Part shown: positions 21,401 to 32,800 of the stretch, one piece after another
How the letters are laid out: every line of letters starts with the position of its first letter
How positions within the stretch are numbered: the first letter of the stretch is position 1
Assembly: GCA_000708835.1 (NCBI GenBank)
Contig: DF237622.1
Coordinates: 1 to 44,680, forward strand
Origin: Klebsormidium nitens
Lineage: Eukaryota; Plantae; Klebsormidiophyceae
Reading direction: 5' to 3'
Length of the DNA stretch: 44,680 bases
The notes under the pieces: model-generated
What the model was told of the DNA's origin: nothing
The model's database searches: none
The model's input: the letters and a program-made list of their open reading frames with translations, nothing else
Made by a program: the position numbers and the translations under genes

Positions 21401-24400
21401 AAGCTGAGATTTCAGGTTTGCGGTTTCGAAAAGTTGGAAAAAGAGACAGTAGGTCGGATTCAACGAAGCCATGTGCACTGGAAGAACGTGAGTTGCAAAA
21501 AAGAGACGTAAGAGTGAGTCCGTTGAATTTACTCAGGGGCAGAGCGAAGGGACACCATAAAAACGATGAGCTGAGGCCCGCTTCGAGTCACAGTTTCTTT
21601 CTGAATCGCGTTTCGACAGTTGGAAAGACAGAGACAACAGTCGAACGATGTTATCTTGGATGTAAAAGAGATGTCAACGTCATGGAAGGATGCGACGACG
21701 GAAGAAGAGCGAAGGGATAGGATGGGCTTAGTTTAGCTCGAGTCAAGAACATGCTGGAAGAAGAGTTCAGAGGCGGGCCGCAGCTTCTCGTTCTGACCGT
21801 CGGCCGTACTTTCTGGTCGCACTTGCACGTGGCCTGAGAACTCACTGAACGAACGCAGTATTGAAAATGGAAGCATCAAATACGTGCAGGCGAACCGGTT
21901 GCGGGGGACGGTGTCCGCTTACGAGGGCAACATCAAGCGGAACCGGACGGAGCTCAAGGACCCCCGGTACGCCGACATCGAGAACCGGTACCGCAACCAG
22001 CTGATCCAGCTCAAGACGACGGAGATGGCCAACAAGGACCTGGACAAGTACTACCACGCACTTGACAAGTGAGGCCGCCACACTGCTCGGCACCCTTGTT
22101 GCATTTTCTCCGGCAAGATTGCGCTCGACTCTTAGTTCTAGATTCAACCCGAAAAGCCGTTCTCGGTATGTTCTGCGTCAGCTTTTTCTATTGATTGTAG
22201 AACGATTCAAAGACGGAATATAGCATCAAACGGCTTTCGCTTAGAAACAGCGCACCCGAAACGCCAGACTCGCACCAACGGCACAGGCCGGAAATTCAAG
22301 TGCTTTGAGCGCATGCCAAAATGCTTCTGCAAACTGATTCTCGACCAGTAGAGAGGACAAGTAGTGCCAGGTTTTTCCGGTGGGCGTCAGAAAGGGTGCT
22401 TGAGTGGGGAGTCGCCCAGGCGGAGAGCATTGTACAAGTGTCCTTGCAGGTGACGAAAGCCCCTGCGCTTCTTTGCAAGTCCTAACTGGCCTCTAGAAAG
22501 ATCTCCGTTTGGCAATACTTTACCAAGCTTTGTTGGTCCCGACCTCTGGTGTACGGGAGCTGCAGATTTTTAATTCGCTTCTTCGCGCTTATGCGGTTGC
22601 CTCCGATTACAGGGCGCTGATGCGTTTCCACTCGATGAAGATGGAGGAGATCAACAAGATCATCAAGGAGCTGTGGCAGCAAACGTACCGCGGACAGGAC
22701 ATCGACTACATTGAGATACGGTCGGACGCCGAAACGACGTCCAGCGCGCGCTCGTATGCGTACAGGGTGAGGATCGTGCCGTCCCTCAAGGAGACAATTG
22801 TCTGCTTCTCTCTAATGTCAACACGATTCCCGCACACGTCCATACAGGGTCCCGTTACGCTTGAGCAGGCAGGAAGGATTGGGCAACAACACGATTGGAG
22901 ACAGGAAAGAAGGGAAGCCTCTGTCTTGCGAAAGTCAGGAACAGACAGAAGGCATCACGTCTTCTTGTCTTCGACAAACGGAGCGGGAAGAGGAGCTTGT
23001 CTTTCTTGAGGGAGGGAAGGGAAGCGGACTTGGAAATCTGGCTCCATTTAAAACCCATTACACAACTTCAGGATGCAATCTGTTTTCCGTGATTCGGCGG
23101 TATTCGATCAGTAGTCTGCTCTCGAATGAGGTTTGTCCACTCTGCCCGCTTTTCACGGTGAGCTGATTAGTATGTTGGTCTAGAACTTACTTTGTCAGAG
23201 GTGATTGCGTCTTATACTTTGTCTATATCTCTGCCAGGTCGTCATGAGGAGCGGTGATGCGGAGCTGGACATGAGGGGACGTTGCAGTGCAGGCCAAAAG
23301 GTGATGACGCACCATCCTAGTAGTCCGAGAAATTACTTGCTCTGTTGGCATCGTTGCTTATGTCCGTTTCTCTATGGCACCGTGCTCTGACCCTCCAGGC
23401 AGGATCGACCCACCAGGCGGGAATAGATACGGACTCCGTGCAGATGCATATGAATGGATGATGAAGAGTTGCTGCCTCCCAGTCTGCAACTCTTAGAGGA
23501 TTTGGTAGACTCAGATTCCGAAAGTTACCTAGTCCGTCGCCCTTTTTTGTGACATAGCGCATTAGGGGAGATCCCTTTCAGCCGTCGAATCCCGTAGATT
23601 CGCTTTGATCAGGTTCAACACTCCGGACGGTTTCGACACAAGTAACTTGCTGATGGCCTAGTCTTTTCTCACCGCCCGCAGGTGCTGGCGTCGCTGGTCA
23701 TTCGGCTGGCCCTTGCCGAGACCTTCTGCCTCAACTGCGGCATCCTGGCCCTCGATGAGCCGACGACGAACCTGGACACGCCCAACGCGGAGAGCTTGGC
23801 AGGGGCCCTCTCCAGGTACGGGATTTGAAATCACGGATGGTCAGAAGAAGTCTGCTAAGCGGGGGTAGCCTACAAGATAGGCAGGGTGAAGTAAAAGCAA
23901 GGGCAGCGCTAGCTGGTCTTAACGTATGGATTTGGGTCTCCTATCCTGAGATCTTTTTCTCGGTCGTCCGCAATCTCGACAAGTACGAGCATCGTCGGCG
24001 CTGTTGATCACTTTAAGACGCTCGATTCCATTTGTCATATTGTCTGGTCTCAACCCTGATGTTTCAGTTCCATTTCTGCTGACCCACCTTCTGTTTGGTT
24101 TGCCAGGATCATGCAAGACCGAAAGACGCAGCAGAACTTCCAGCTAATCGTCATCACGCACGATGAACGATTCGCCCAGCTGATTGGCCATCGCGAGTAC
24201 GCCGAGAAATACTACCGGATATCCAAGAACGAGCAGTGAGCAGCTTATTTTGTCTTCGCGCTATTCGACTGAAGGAAAGCTGGTGCTGCTGATTAGCTGC
24301 ACCCGGAAAATGAAATTATCGGTGAAAGAATTATTTCGTCGCACTCGAGCTCGTCGCAATTTTGTTGTTTCGCCCGGACTAAATCGCTCGTGGTGGGCCG

Positions 24401-24508
24401 CATGATCCCGTGTAGAACTGCTTCAAATTTTTGAAAGCTCCTGACCTGGATCTTGTCTCTGATTACAGCCAACATAGCCACATCGAGGTCCAAGACATCT
24501 TTGACTAG
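9442..24508 (+). CDS. RAD50: DNA repair protein RAD50 (MRN complex ABC-ATPase), 27 exons, 1315 aa
   Basis: Exons: 9442-9564, 9952-10038, 10244-10411, 10630-10805, 11066-11180, 11432-11660, 11971-12149, 12462-12632, 12824-12928, 13106-13207, 13580-13791, 14092-14184, 14388-14515, 14780-14894, 15183-15312, 15768-15977, 17164-17372, 18204-18405, 19041-19210, 19979-20111, 21188-21379, 21890-22068, 22613-22766, 23238-23300, 23682-23815, 24107-24235, 24469-24508. All GT-AG and phase-compatible; sum 3948 nt. Motifs: Walker [10 protein letters not shown]-loop FVHQDE, zinc hook CVVC (15256-15267), signature [10 protein letters not shown], Walker B/D-loop [12 protein letters not shown]-loop ITHD, C-terminus HIEVQDIFD. 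Confidence 0.97.
15635..15696 (+). repeat. Degenerate copy of the RAD50 exon 16 head in intron 15
   Basis: 48/62 identical to 15770-15831, located 135 nt upstream. The acceptor is lost and there is an in-frame TGA. Confidence 0.8.
16621..17122 (+). repeat. Four intronic copies of the RAD50 exon 17 head in intron 16
   Basis: Copies at 16624-16695, 16770-16813, 16955-17030 and 17087-17122. The 16955 copy is 72/76 identical to the real exon start at 17164. Three copies keep CAG; one has CAT. Confidence 0.9.
20536..21066 (+). repeat. Five intronic copies of the RAD50 exon 21 head in intron 20
   Basis: AG|GT(G/A)CAA copies start at 20539, 20667, 20707, 20863 and 21021; the real exon starts at 21188. 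Copies 20707 and 20863 are 58/60 and 57/60 identical to the first 60 nt of the exon. A 40-bp doublet (20631-20670 / 20671-20710, 1 mismatch) is included. Confidence 0.95.
21537..21570 (+). repeat. Degenerate copy of the RAD50 exon 21 3' end in intron 21
   Basis: GGGCAGAGCGAAGGGACACCATAAAAACGATGAG|CTGAGG versus the real GGGCAGAGTGATCGGGACACCATGAATGATGAG|GTAAG (21347-21379). The donor GT is lost. Confidence 0.7.
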
Positions 24509-25493
24509 CCGTTCGAGGACGGCAGACTAGTCTCTGCTGCAAGCGTAGGTCTATAGGTCGTGCAAGGAGAGGAGATACGTGTACATATTGAGCTAGAGAC
24601 AGTTGAAAGGAAACAGCGAAAGTTGCAGTGATGAATGGTGTCGTGCCAACTTGCAAAAGGCTGGAGTTGAGTCAGGTTGTTCAACAGCTTGTACTGAAAG
24701 ATACGTTGTCATCAATGTTCTGTGCTTGTGTTGGCTTCCTGAGCTGTTGACAAATGACGAAGATTTGCTGATTTTTGGCACGCCACAGTGTTCTGGCACC
24801 ATATTTGAATCTGCATATCCGTTTTAGAAACGCAATCGATCGCATTGCAATCAGGCAGCGAGAAGGGTCCCTATTAATGCGTATGTACGTATTCACATGT
24901 TAGCTTATCGACTGCATGCATGGGCGCATGACACGTACGTGGACAATTGTGACAATTCGTTTCCAACAATCACCAGAAGTCATTAGGTCAAATGACCATG
25001 ATTGCATGCCCGGCACCATGCCGGCTGGTATGTACCAGAAACCTGTGCGGTGGCGTCATCTGTTTGGCGCGCGCATGCATGCACCATGCCTCATTTTGTA
25101 CGACATCGTGGCCGATCGATTACAATACCTATATATAAGTTAGTGTGGCCGCCATGGATGCACATACATCCGCCAGTGACGGGAGAAAACTCTATAAGCA
25201 CGCACGGAACAGTGCGCAGACATGATGCCCATGGACCAGGTGGTTGTGCCTATGCATAAATTTGCAGTTTACACTGGGCCTTCGCAATTGTGACTCCAAT
25301 CATCGACACTCACAGAGTCAGAGGCGCTGGATAAACAATCCAAAGGAGGCTCAATCTTAGCATACGCAACACGCTGCCAACCATAAGAGGAGTTTGGCCT
25401 CACAATTTGATCAATATACACTCTGTGGTCAAGCCTGACACTCTCAAGTTGGACACTTTATTATCGTCAATCATCACGCACCCCCGTGCCCCG

Positions 25494-28400
25494 CTATAGG
25501 TCGCTCGCCTTCTTCCGGAGCTCGTTCAGCTCCGCCTCTATCTCAAGATCCTTAACCGACGTCTTCCCGGGCGTACTTTGGCCCCCAGGGAGGGCCCCCC
25601 GTGTTTGCGTCGTCCCCAGCCCCGACATCTCCCGCTTCAACGCTTCCAGGTCTGTGTCCACATCTGAGCTCTCGAGCAGCGCGAATTTGGCGCTCAGGTC
25701 GTCAGTCCCGAGCTGCGCGACCGCGTCTGACTCCGCCTCCAGCGCCATCACCTTCTCCTCCATCTTCTCGAATGCGGCCATCGCGCTGCTCGTGTTGACG
25801 TTGCCCAGCATTTCCTGCCATAAGCAAAAGTCCGCACTCAGCTTTCTTGGCTTTTACAGCTTTCTTGGCTTTTACTTGATAGGGAATTCTTCAGATCGTC
25901 ATCTGAGACGAGCAAAACGGGTCTTTTGAAGGACTGAGACGAGCGGAATGGAGTGTTTCAGATACTGACAAGGAAGCCATTGACTTCAATGCATACCCGA
26001 ATTTCTTTGCTGAACGCAAGGTTAACATCGTTTGCATCCTCTCTGGCCTTGTCAGGCCTTGTCTGTCTTCCTGATTCGTATTCACCAACTAAACCTTGAA
26101 TCAGTAGTAGAAAACGCCAACAAGCCATAGCGTCTTCCCTACCTTCCATTCCAAAGAAGTCCTCAATCAAGTCTCAAACAAGGATAGAGAGAAGGTTTTG
26201 AAGTTTTGGAACCCTTCTCCAATCGACACTAAAGGGGAAATTTTAGATTTCGGGACACCTTCTCCAACCAAAACAGAAGAGACCATCTTCAAGTTTGAGA
26301 CCCCCAGACAATCCTATAAGAGTCCAAACAAAAGACAATCAAACAGAAGTCCCAAAATTCTGTTCTTTTCTAGGGAATATTTTTTCCAACCCACCTGCAC
26401 CTTCTGGCTCGTCTTGGCACTCTGTGCGCGCGCCTTGAGCGTGTCCTTCTTGCTCTTGGCCTCGCTGATCTTGCTCTCCAGCAGCCGCGTGTTGGAGATC
26501 AGCTTATCCACCACGCCCTTCTGCGCATCGAGCTGCGCTTTCAGCGCGTTCGCATTCTCCTCGTAATCCTTCTTCTTCTTCAGCGCCTCCTTTGCAAGCT
26601 CCTCTTGCCCCTTTTGCAGCGCCAACTTTGCGCGTCGCAGCCAATCGTCGGCGTTGCTCTGCGCCTGCTTGTACCGCTGCTCTAGTTGCTTCTGGGACGC
26701 CAGCACCTGGAGGGAGAAGAGTGTGACCCACAATCAGCATTAACTCAGGAGCTTTTTACTGCGGCTCAGTTAGTGTTCTTGCCCATGTACTTCGTTATGG
26801 GGGGACTGGAATGTGCCAGAACTAAAGTGACGCCCGCCCCTGGGGAAGGGCAGAGGCAGGAGACATCAGCTAGCCGGCGATCGGCTACGTACTCGGCTAC
26901 GTACAATATCTCCTAAAGAGGCAGAGTCCGACACTACTGTAGTTGCACTTTAATATACTAGGACCTGCGCGGCTCTAATAAGCAAAGACTCAGGTCTCAG
27001 ACATGGCAGAGGCTGGAACTTCCTGGCGCCAGCAGTGTGTGTGGTGAATGGAGACAGAGGAATTCTGCTTTTGGGAATTCCCCACCAGTGCTGCTCTCTG
27101 GCATCTTAGTCATCTTCGTCAGCATGTATGACGAGAAACTGGATAAACATCTTCGCCGTTAGCACGTGCTGGAAGGAAGCGGTGGCGACTGTGATATAGA
27201 CCTTGTTTGCAATACTTGATTCCTCGAGTCGATGTTAATCTCCCTTCTTGACCTGAATGAACTTCTTCTTCAACCATACTCCCAAAGGCCTCAAGCGCAA
27301 GCAACTGATATCTATCAGATTCTGCTTTCCCCAGGACCCTCAGTACACAATCTAGAACCATCCAGGACCTCCAGTATACACTTTACTAGCATCTATCGCA
27401 ACTGATTGCCGTACGACATGTCTAGCTGCAGAAAGTGCTCCATTCAACACTCAACCAGGCTTTGCAGGGCCTGCGTTTGACTCACACCGAACTCTACAGA
27501 AAACAAAATTAAAAGACATTGAACAAATGAAACCTTGACCTTCTAGAGATGGTGTGACCTTCTAGAGATGGTGTGACCGGTATATAGAAGACAAGTCAAT
27601 CTCTCTCAACATACTTGACGGTAGTATGCTGTGACGCAAAGGTTTGCAGTGTCCTAATCGAACATTGAATCTCCAATACATGGTCTGTACTTGTTGAGCA
27701 GCTCCCAACAACCGCCAATGAAACGCCACTGATGGCATTCTCTAACCTCAAAATTCTTCACAGACTGCACCTACATGACAAACCTAGTGCACCAATTGCC
27801 GCAGCAAGGTAAATCTGTTGCAACAGAATACAGACTCCACAGCTACCAGCTTTCAAAAGCAATATAAACACAATCAACGCAATCGAGCAAGAAAGTTGCT
27901 TGTCGCAGTTTCATGTTGTCAGCAAAACCCTAGTTTGCCGATGTTCACCATACACAGCCAAATGTATTCCACTTTGAAGAACTTTACAACAAACTCATGC
28001 CACCTGACACATCAGCCGTACACAGACCCCTTAAATAGAACAAGGAAGAAGCAATGCTGTTCAAACAAACCGGGCCGCAGGAAGCTCAGCCTCCAGGATA
28101 CTAAGCAACAAAAATCTTGCCAAGCATCTGCTTGGAAAACAAGACGCTAATTGTAGAAAAACTGGCGGCAAATCTGTAAGGCGACCCCGTAAAAGCTTGG
28201 AAAGAGGAATAAAAACAGAATGAAGCGACGAAAAAGCAGCAAACTTGAACATGCCCTCTAAACCGTAAATATCGCTCCTAAAGAGGTGCTTCTAGTTTCG
28301 CTCTTGAAGGGGTCCTTCCAGAACTGAGCAGATCTGCAACCTCACCTGTGCCGATGCTTGCCTCATCTTCGCAAGGTCCTCCCCCATCTCAATCACAGTC

Positions 28401-28759
28401 TGGTCCAACAGCTTCTCAGGGTCCTCCGCTGAGCTCACAACAGCATTGGCATACGACTTGACAATCCTGACAATCCTGCCGAACAGATTCGCCTCCACTA
28501 CTAGCGCCCCACCCCTGCTCCCATGCTCTCCTTGTACCCCCCTAGCCGGAATAGCCAGCGCCTGCGACGAAGCCCCACCATCCAAGAAAGCACTGCTGGT
28601 TTTCACAGCCAAAAGGCTGCTCCCAGAAGAGCCAAATCTAGTAGTCCGCCTGGCAGGCAGAGCCACCTGAGTGTTTGAAGGATGATAAGCTATGCTGCAG
28701 CCGCCCAAGGCGAGCGCGGAGCCCAATGCCGCTCTGCTGGCCAACGCCGAGGACGCCAT
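25494..28759 (-). CDS. VIPP1: Vesicle-inducing protein in plastids 1 (PspA/IM30 family) with chloroplast transit peptide, 348 aa
   Basis: Exons (minus): 28759-28346, 26706-26395, 25814-25494; all phase 0, 1047 nt. An Ala/Ser-rich N-terminal presequence is followed by [15 protein letters not shown]...[10 protein letters not shown], the coiled coil, [21 protein letters not shown] and the VIPP-specific tail [15 protein letters not shown]. Confidence 0.95.
25840..25875. repeat. Perfect 18-bp tandem doublet near the VIPP1 intron 2 acceptor
   Basis: AGCTTTCTTGGCTTTTAC x2. Confidence 0.9.
26881..26904. repeat. Perfect 12-bp tandem doublet in VIPP1 intron 1
   Basis: TCGGCTACGTAC x2. Confidence 0.85.
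27536..27578. repeat. Perfect 19-bp tandem doublet in VIPP1 intron 1
   Basis: TGACCTTCTAGAGATGGTG x2 followed by TGACC. Confidence 0.9.
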
Positions 28760-29837
28760 GGTGCAATGGAGCAGCGGCGAATCGCGGGGTCTGCACTCTG
28801 CGTTTCCTGCTTCTCAGCTAGCCCTCTCTACAGCTCCTCTATTCACAAAAGCCCCCAGTCCCTCTTCCACCTTTTGAGCAGCTGCCTTGCTAGATCTGTG
28901 GTCTTCCGCTGTTCCTTGCCAACTGGACTTCTAGAAGAAGGACCTCAGCCGACTTTGGCTCTGCTGATTGGGCCACGTCAAACTCTGGGTTGCGGAACCA
29001 GCCCTGAAGACACCGTGGTTACACCGTCCATTTTCAGCTTCATGTCGGGGTTTAATGACTGGTGTCGGAACTGTGTGAAACGGCGAAAAGTGCAGACCAG
29101 CAATTCTGAGACATTTAATCTGCAGGTAACATTTTCTGTTGGGTTTTCTAGAGCACTTTCTCTAGCCTCTGCAGGGCTTTTGTACAGCTTTTGCTGGCTT
29201 TTACCGATGGAGCACCCAATCTGATGCCCCAGGCCCTTCTTTCTCAGGGCCTCGATTGTGGTGTAGCTGTAGGATTTTGGCTCTTAACCAGGAGTCTCCA
29301 CTTGCGTGGAGAGCTGTCGCGCAATTGCCACTCATCAGTGAAAGTGTCTGAAGTTTCAGAAAGGTCTTCGCTGCAGTGGTGGCGTCCAGAACAGTTTTTG
29401 CAATGACGCCTTTGCTGAGTACCCCTGCTGCAGGAAGGTCAGTGATCAGGCTGACCGACAGATCTGAAAAACGAAGGGAAAGAAGGGGCCGATGATTTCT
29501 GATGGTGGTATGAAGGTGGAAAAGTTCCTCTTGAAAGGATTCATTTATACATCATTTAAAGCAGCCGCATTCGCGACTGACCTCAATCCCTGCAGCCAAT
29601 AATTTCCAATTGTCTAGCGGCCTCACAAAAAGCATGATGTGGTGCGTACCAGATACGCACTCCTCGTCGATTGCAGTGGTGGGAGAAGTCTGTTGATGCT
29701 CTGCTGCGTGTGCCATTCTGATTCAAACAATTGGTCGATGTTCATCTTTGAAGTCCCAAACTCATTGAAAATGTGGACCCTCCAACAGATGCCTGCGGAC
29801 AATTGGAACACTTCTTCACAACCAGCAAAGTGCTCTA
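28760..29837. promoter_or_regulatory. Divergent promoter and 5' UTR region between VIPP1 and COQ6
   Basis: About 1.1 kb between opposed gene starts, with no credible ORF. It contains donor-like sites (e.g. CAG|GTAAC near 29125) suggesting COQ6 5'-UTR introns. Confidence 0.4.
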
Positions 29838-32800
29838 ATGCCACAGGTGAGCCATCACCTCTGTAGCAGCATCATTTCATCAAATGTGCCATTGTATCAA
29901 TCTTGCCTCTTAAGAAGAAGCGGATCGCAGCGGTGGTCCCCTCAAGCATGGGGTTCGTTGCCACACATGAGTAAGAAGTTTTGCCTCAAATGTGAGTTTC
30001 TCAGTAATCAGAGATCTGTCTGTCGCACAATCAGAGTCCCATAATGCAAAGTTATGTATCTAAGCAGCTCAAATTTATCCCGTTTGACCAAAGAATTTAA
30101 ACAGGCATTGGAAGTTACTTGTTCAAAAGATCGTCAGACCATTAAGAGATCTGTGTGCCCCCCTGCAGCTGTGGACCGCGTCAAGGGCGCTGAGCACCGG
30201 AACTGGTCAAGACCAGTACGATGTTGTGGTGGTCGGGGGCGGGATGGTCGGAGCGGCACTCGCATGCGCGCTTGGTGAGAATGTCTACCCTGCCCCTTTG
30301 TTCGGTGCGCCCGCCTCGTTTGCATAATTTGTACTCCTTCAGACCATGGATCTTAGATTTCTGCCCTTTACATCCCTTTCGAAGTGGCTTGCAGCCAGAT
30401 TATGTTGCCCTCCAAGCCTGGGCTGCTTTCATCATTGTGTCACTCTTCAATGCACCAGGTGGAGCCGGCTGATCCCCCTGTGCCGGCTGGAACCATTCCA
30501 CCAATAATCTGACTTTCGGCAGCTTCAGATCAACAACTTCAAAGGGCTTGCTATTTCTACAGGATCATCGCCCATGACTTCAGCCCTGCGAGTTGCGGTG
30601 GTCGACGGCCAGGCTATAGATCCAGCCGCCCCCCTCCCAGATGCATCTGAAGCGCCAGAGATCCGAGTCAGCGCTGTCACGCCCTCCAGCGTGAATTTGT
30701 TCAGAGGTGCAGCATCTTCTTACCGTACTGCCAATCCCAGTCACTCTCCGCTGTTGCAAATACTTTTTCTTCAAAGAAATTCCGTTTTCGAACCGGCTTC
30801 GTTAATCTTTGAAATTCTGGCAAAAGACCAATCTTTCGTTCTTCCCCACTCAAAATAACCACGAATGCGTCTTCTTAGATTTCTTACTTTGCATTCTCGC
30901 ACCTCGGTCGTAGGTTTTATTTCTTTCTTTTTTCTTTCAGTGAGAATGGCTACTTGATTCCTAAAACGAGGATTCGTAAGATTCATCGACTGTTGAAACG
31001 TGGAAGCTGTTGGGCTTTAAGGCATGATGGGACTTCTTGGAACATTGGACCATCGCGGAGCAAACTGCATACTCCTTGGCTCTCTCGCGGCGTCCCTGGT
31101 TGTACAGGACATGGCCCTACCTATCCTCTGAGTCAGCCTAACGAACAGAAAAACGCTTTCTCACAAGTGCCTTTTTATTCTTCGTTTGGTGCAGATGTTG
31201 GGGCATGGAGCACGGTACAGTCAGCTAGGAACGCTCCGTTTGACACCATGCAGGTAAGATTGGGCGACTTTGATACGGTCGAGTGCAACGTAATGAGTGC
31301 CGAAGGTAGAGAAACCGTTCTGCAGAGAAGACGTGTCCTTCCAGGGCTGTCGAGGATGTCCTCTTCGTTTTTGATCATAATTGATTCGGTTAAACGTGTG
31401 AGGAACGAACGGGTTTCGCCTCAAAGTACTGCGTCTCTATGACGAAACGATGGGCACAAAAGGACGGCTTTGGTGACACGATGTAGTTTCTTTCCAAGGG
31501 ATGAGCATAGAGCTGTCATTTCAAAACGAGGTTCGTCCTTGTAGCAGAAGGTTATGTTTACTCAAGGTGGGTCTATCCCTTTTGATCACTGAAGGCATCT
31601 GCCTTTCTGTTCCAGGTGTGGGACAGCGCCGGCCAGGGCTTTGTGCGCTACAGCGCACACGACGTAGACGCATCTGTTCTGGGGTAAGCTCCATCTCGTC
31701 CTGAGTGAACGTCGTTTGTGTTTCTCCTTTTGCCGGTTACAAGCTTGAGTGGAGTACTCAACTATACGTCCACACGTCTTGCCTCAATGGTTCAGCTGTT
31801 TCCGGTATTGCTGGCAGTTGACGTCCATTGTCCAATTCAAAAATAACATTCTTGAGAGGCCTGAGGGCCTGTCAGATTCCTGTGATATCAAGGACCCATC
31901 GGTTTTCTGGTTTGTATGCTACTCAACTCACACACTTTGCTCTTACACCTCTGGCGCTTGTTGAGGGGACAATCGAGAGTGCATCATCGGTAAGAGTTGC
32001 AGAACCAGCAGGGATGTGTCTTAGGCCTGATGGTTCCGTTTGCATTCCCCGTCACCCATCTAAAAAGGGCACTGCATTTTGACTCCTTCGATTGAGACTT
32101 GATTTTCTTTTGCATGTCAACGGACGTGTCAACGGAGAGACAAATTTCTGGGCATTGTTCCAAAGTCTTTCGCGGAAACCGCTCCTGCCAATCTGCAATG
32201 ACCTTCCGTGGATTTTACAAATGCGTTTGGACACTGAAGCTCTTTGTGGAACCACGTGTCTTGCCCGTCGCCAATACATGAGCAACGGATATCTCATATA
32301 AGCTTTACAGCAACCCGGCAGTGTAACGGTCCGAGACCAGATTCTGGCCATGTGAATGTCCCCTTTCTTTCCTCAGCCACGTGGTTGAGAACCGGGTCCT
32401 TCTAGCCGCGCTCCACCGCCGGCTTAGCGAGAGTGAAAATACGCACCTGGTGTGCCCGGCCAAAGTGGACTCGATTACGTGGCCCGAGAGTGAGGTGTCG
32501 GAGTCGGATGCGGACGTCCGACGAGAGAGTAACGGACAGGCGGAGGCGTCAGGACAGGGGGCGGGAGCTAGCGTGCATCTGAGCACTGGGAAAACATTGG
32601 GGGCGCGACTAGTGGTGAGAATACGCTCCAGTGGCTTTTGGGTTGACTTCGAGACTGTGGCCCATAGCAATCGAAAGCTACGAGCGATTGTGTGAGTGTT
32701 GCCTCTTCTCTTGGTGGGATTTTGGGGAAGACGTGATGAGTACTGCTATTGGTGCAGCATGCTAGAGTTGCGCAAGTCGCGTCGTTTGAAGCCCTTTGCT

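Noticed and set aside
23456-23660. Box C/D snoRNA candidate in RAD50 intron 24 (ATGATGA plus a 9-bp hairpin)
   Set aside because: No suitably placed D box with a terminal stem, and no recognisable rRNA guide.
25494-28759. Bacterial pspA / horizontal transfer or contamination
   Set aside because: It has spliceosomal introns, a transit peptide and the VIPP-specific C-terminal helix, so it is a normal nuclear VIPP1 of endosymbiotic origin.
28682-29224. 180-aa plus-strand ORF overlapping the VIPP1 start
   Set aside because: Partly antisense to the VIPP1 transit peptide and otherwise promoter or UTR sequence, with no recognisable features.
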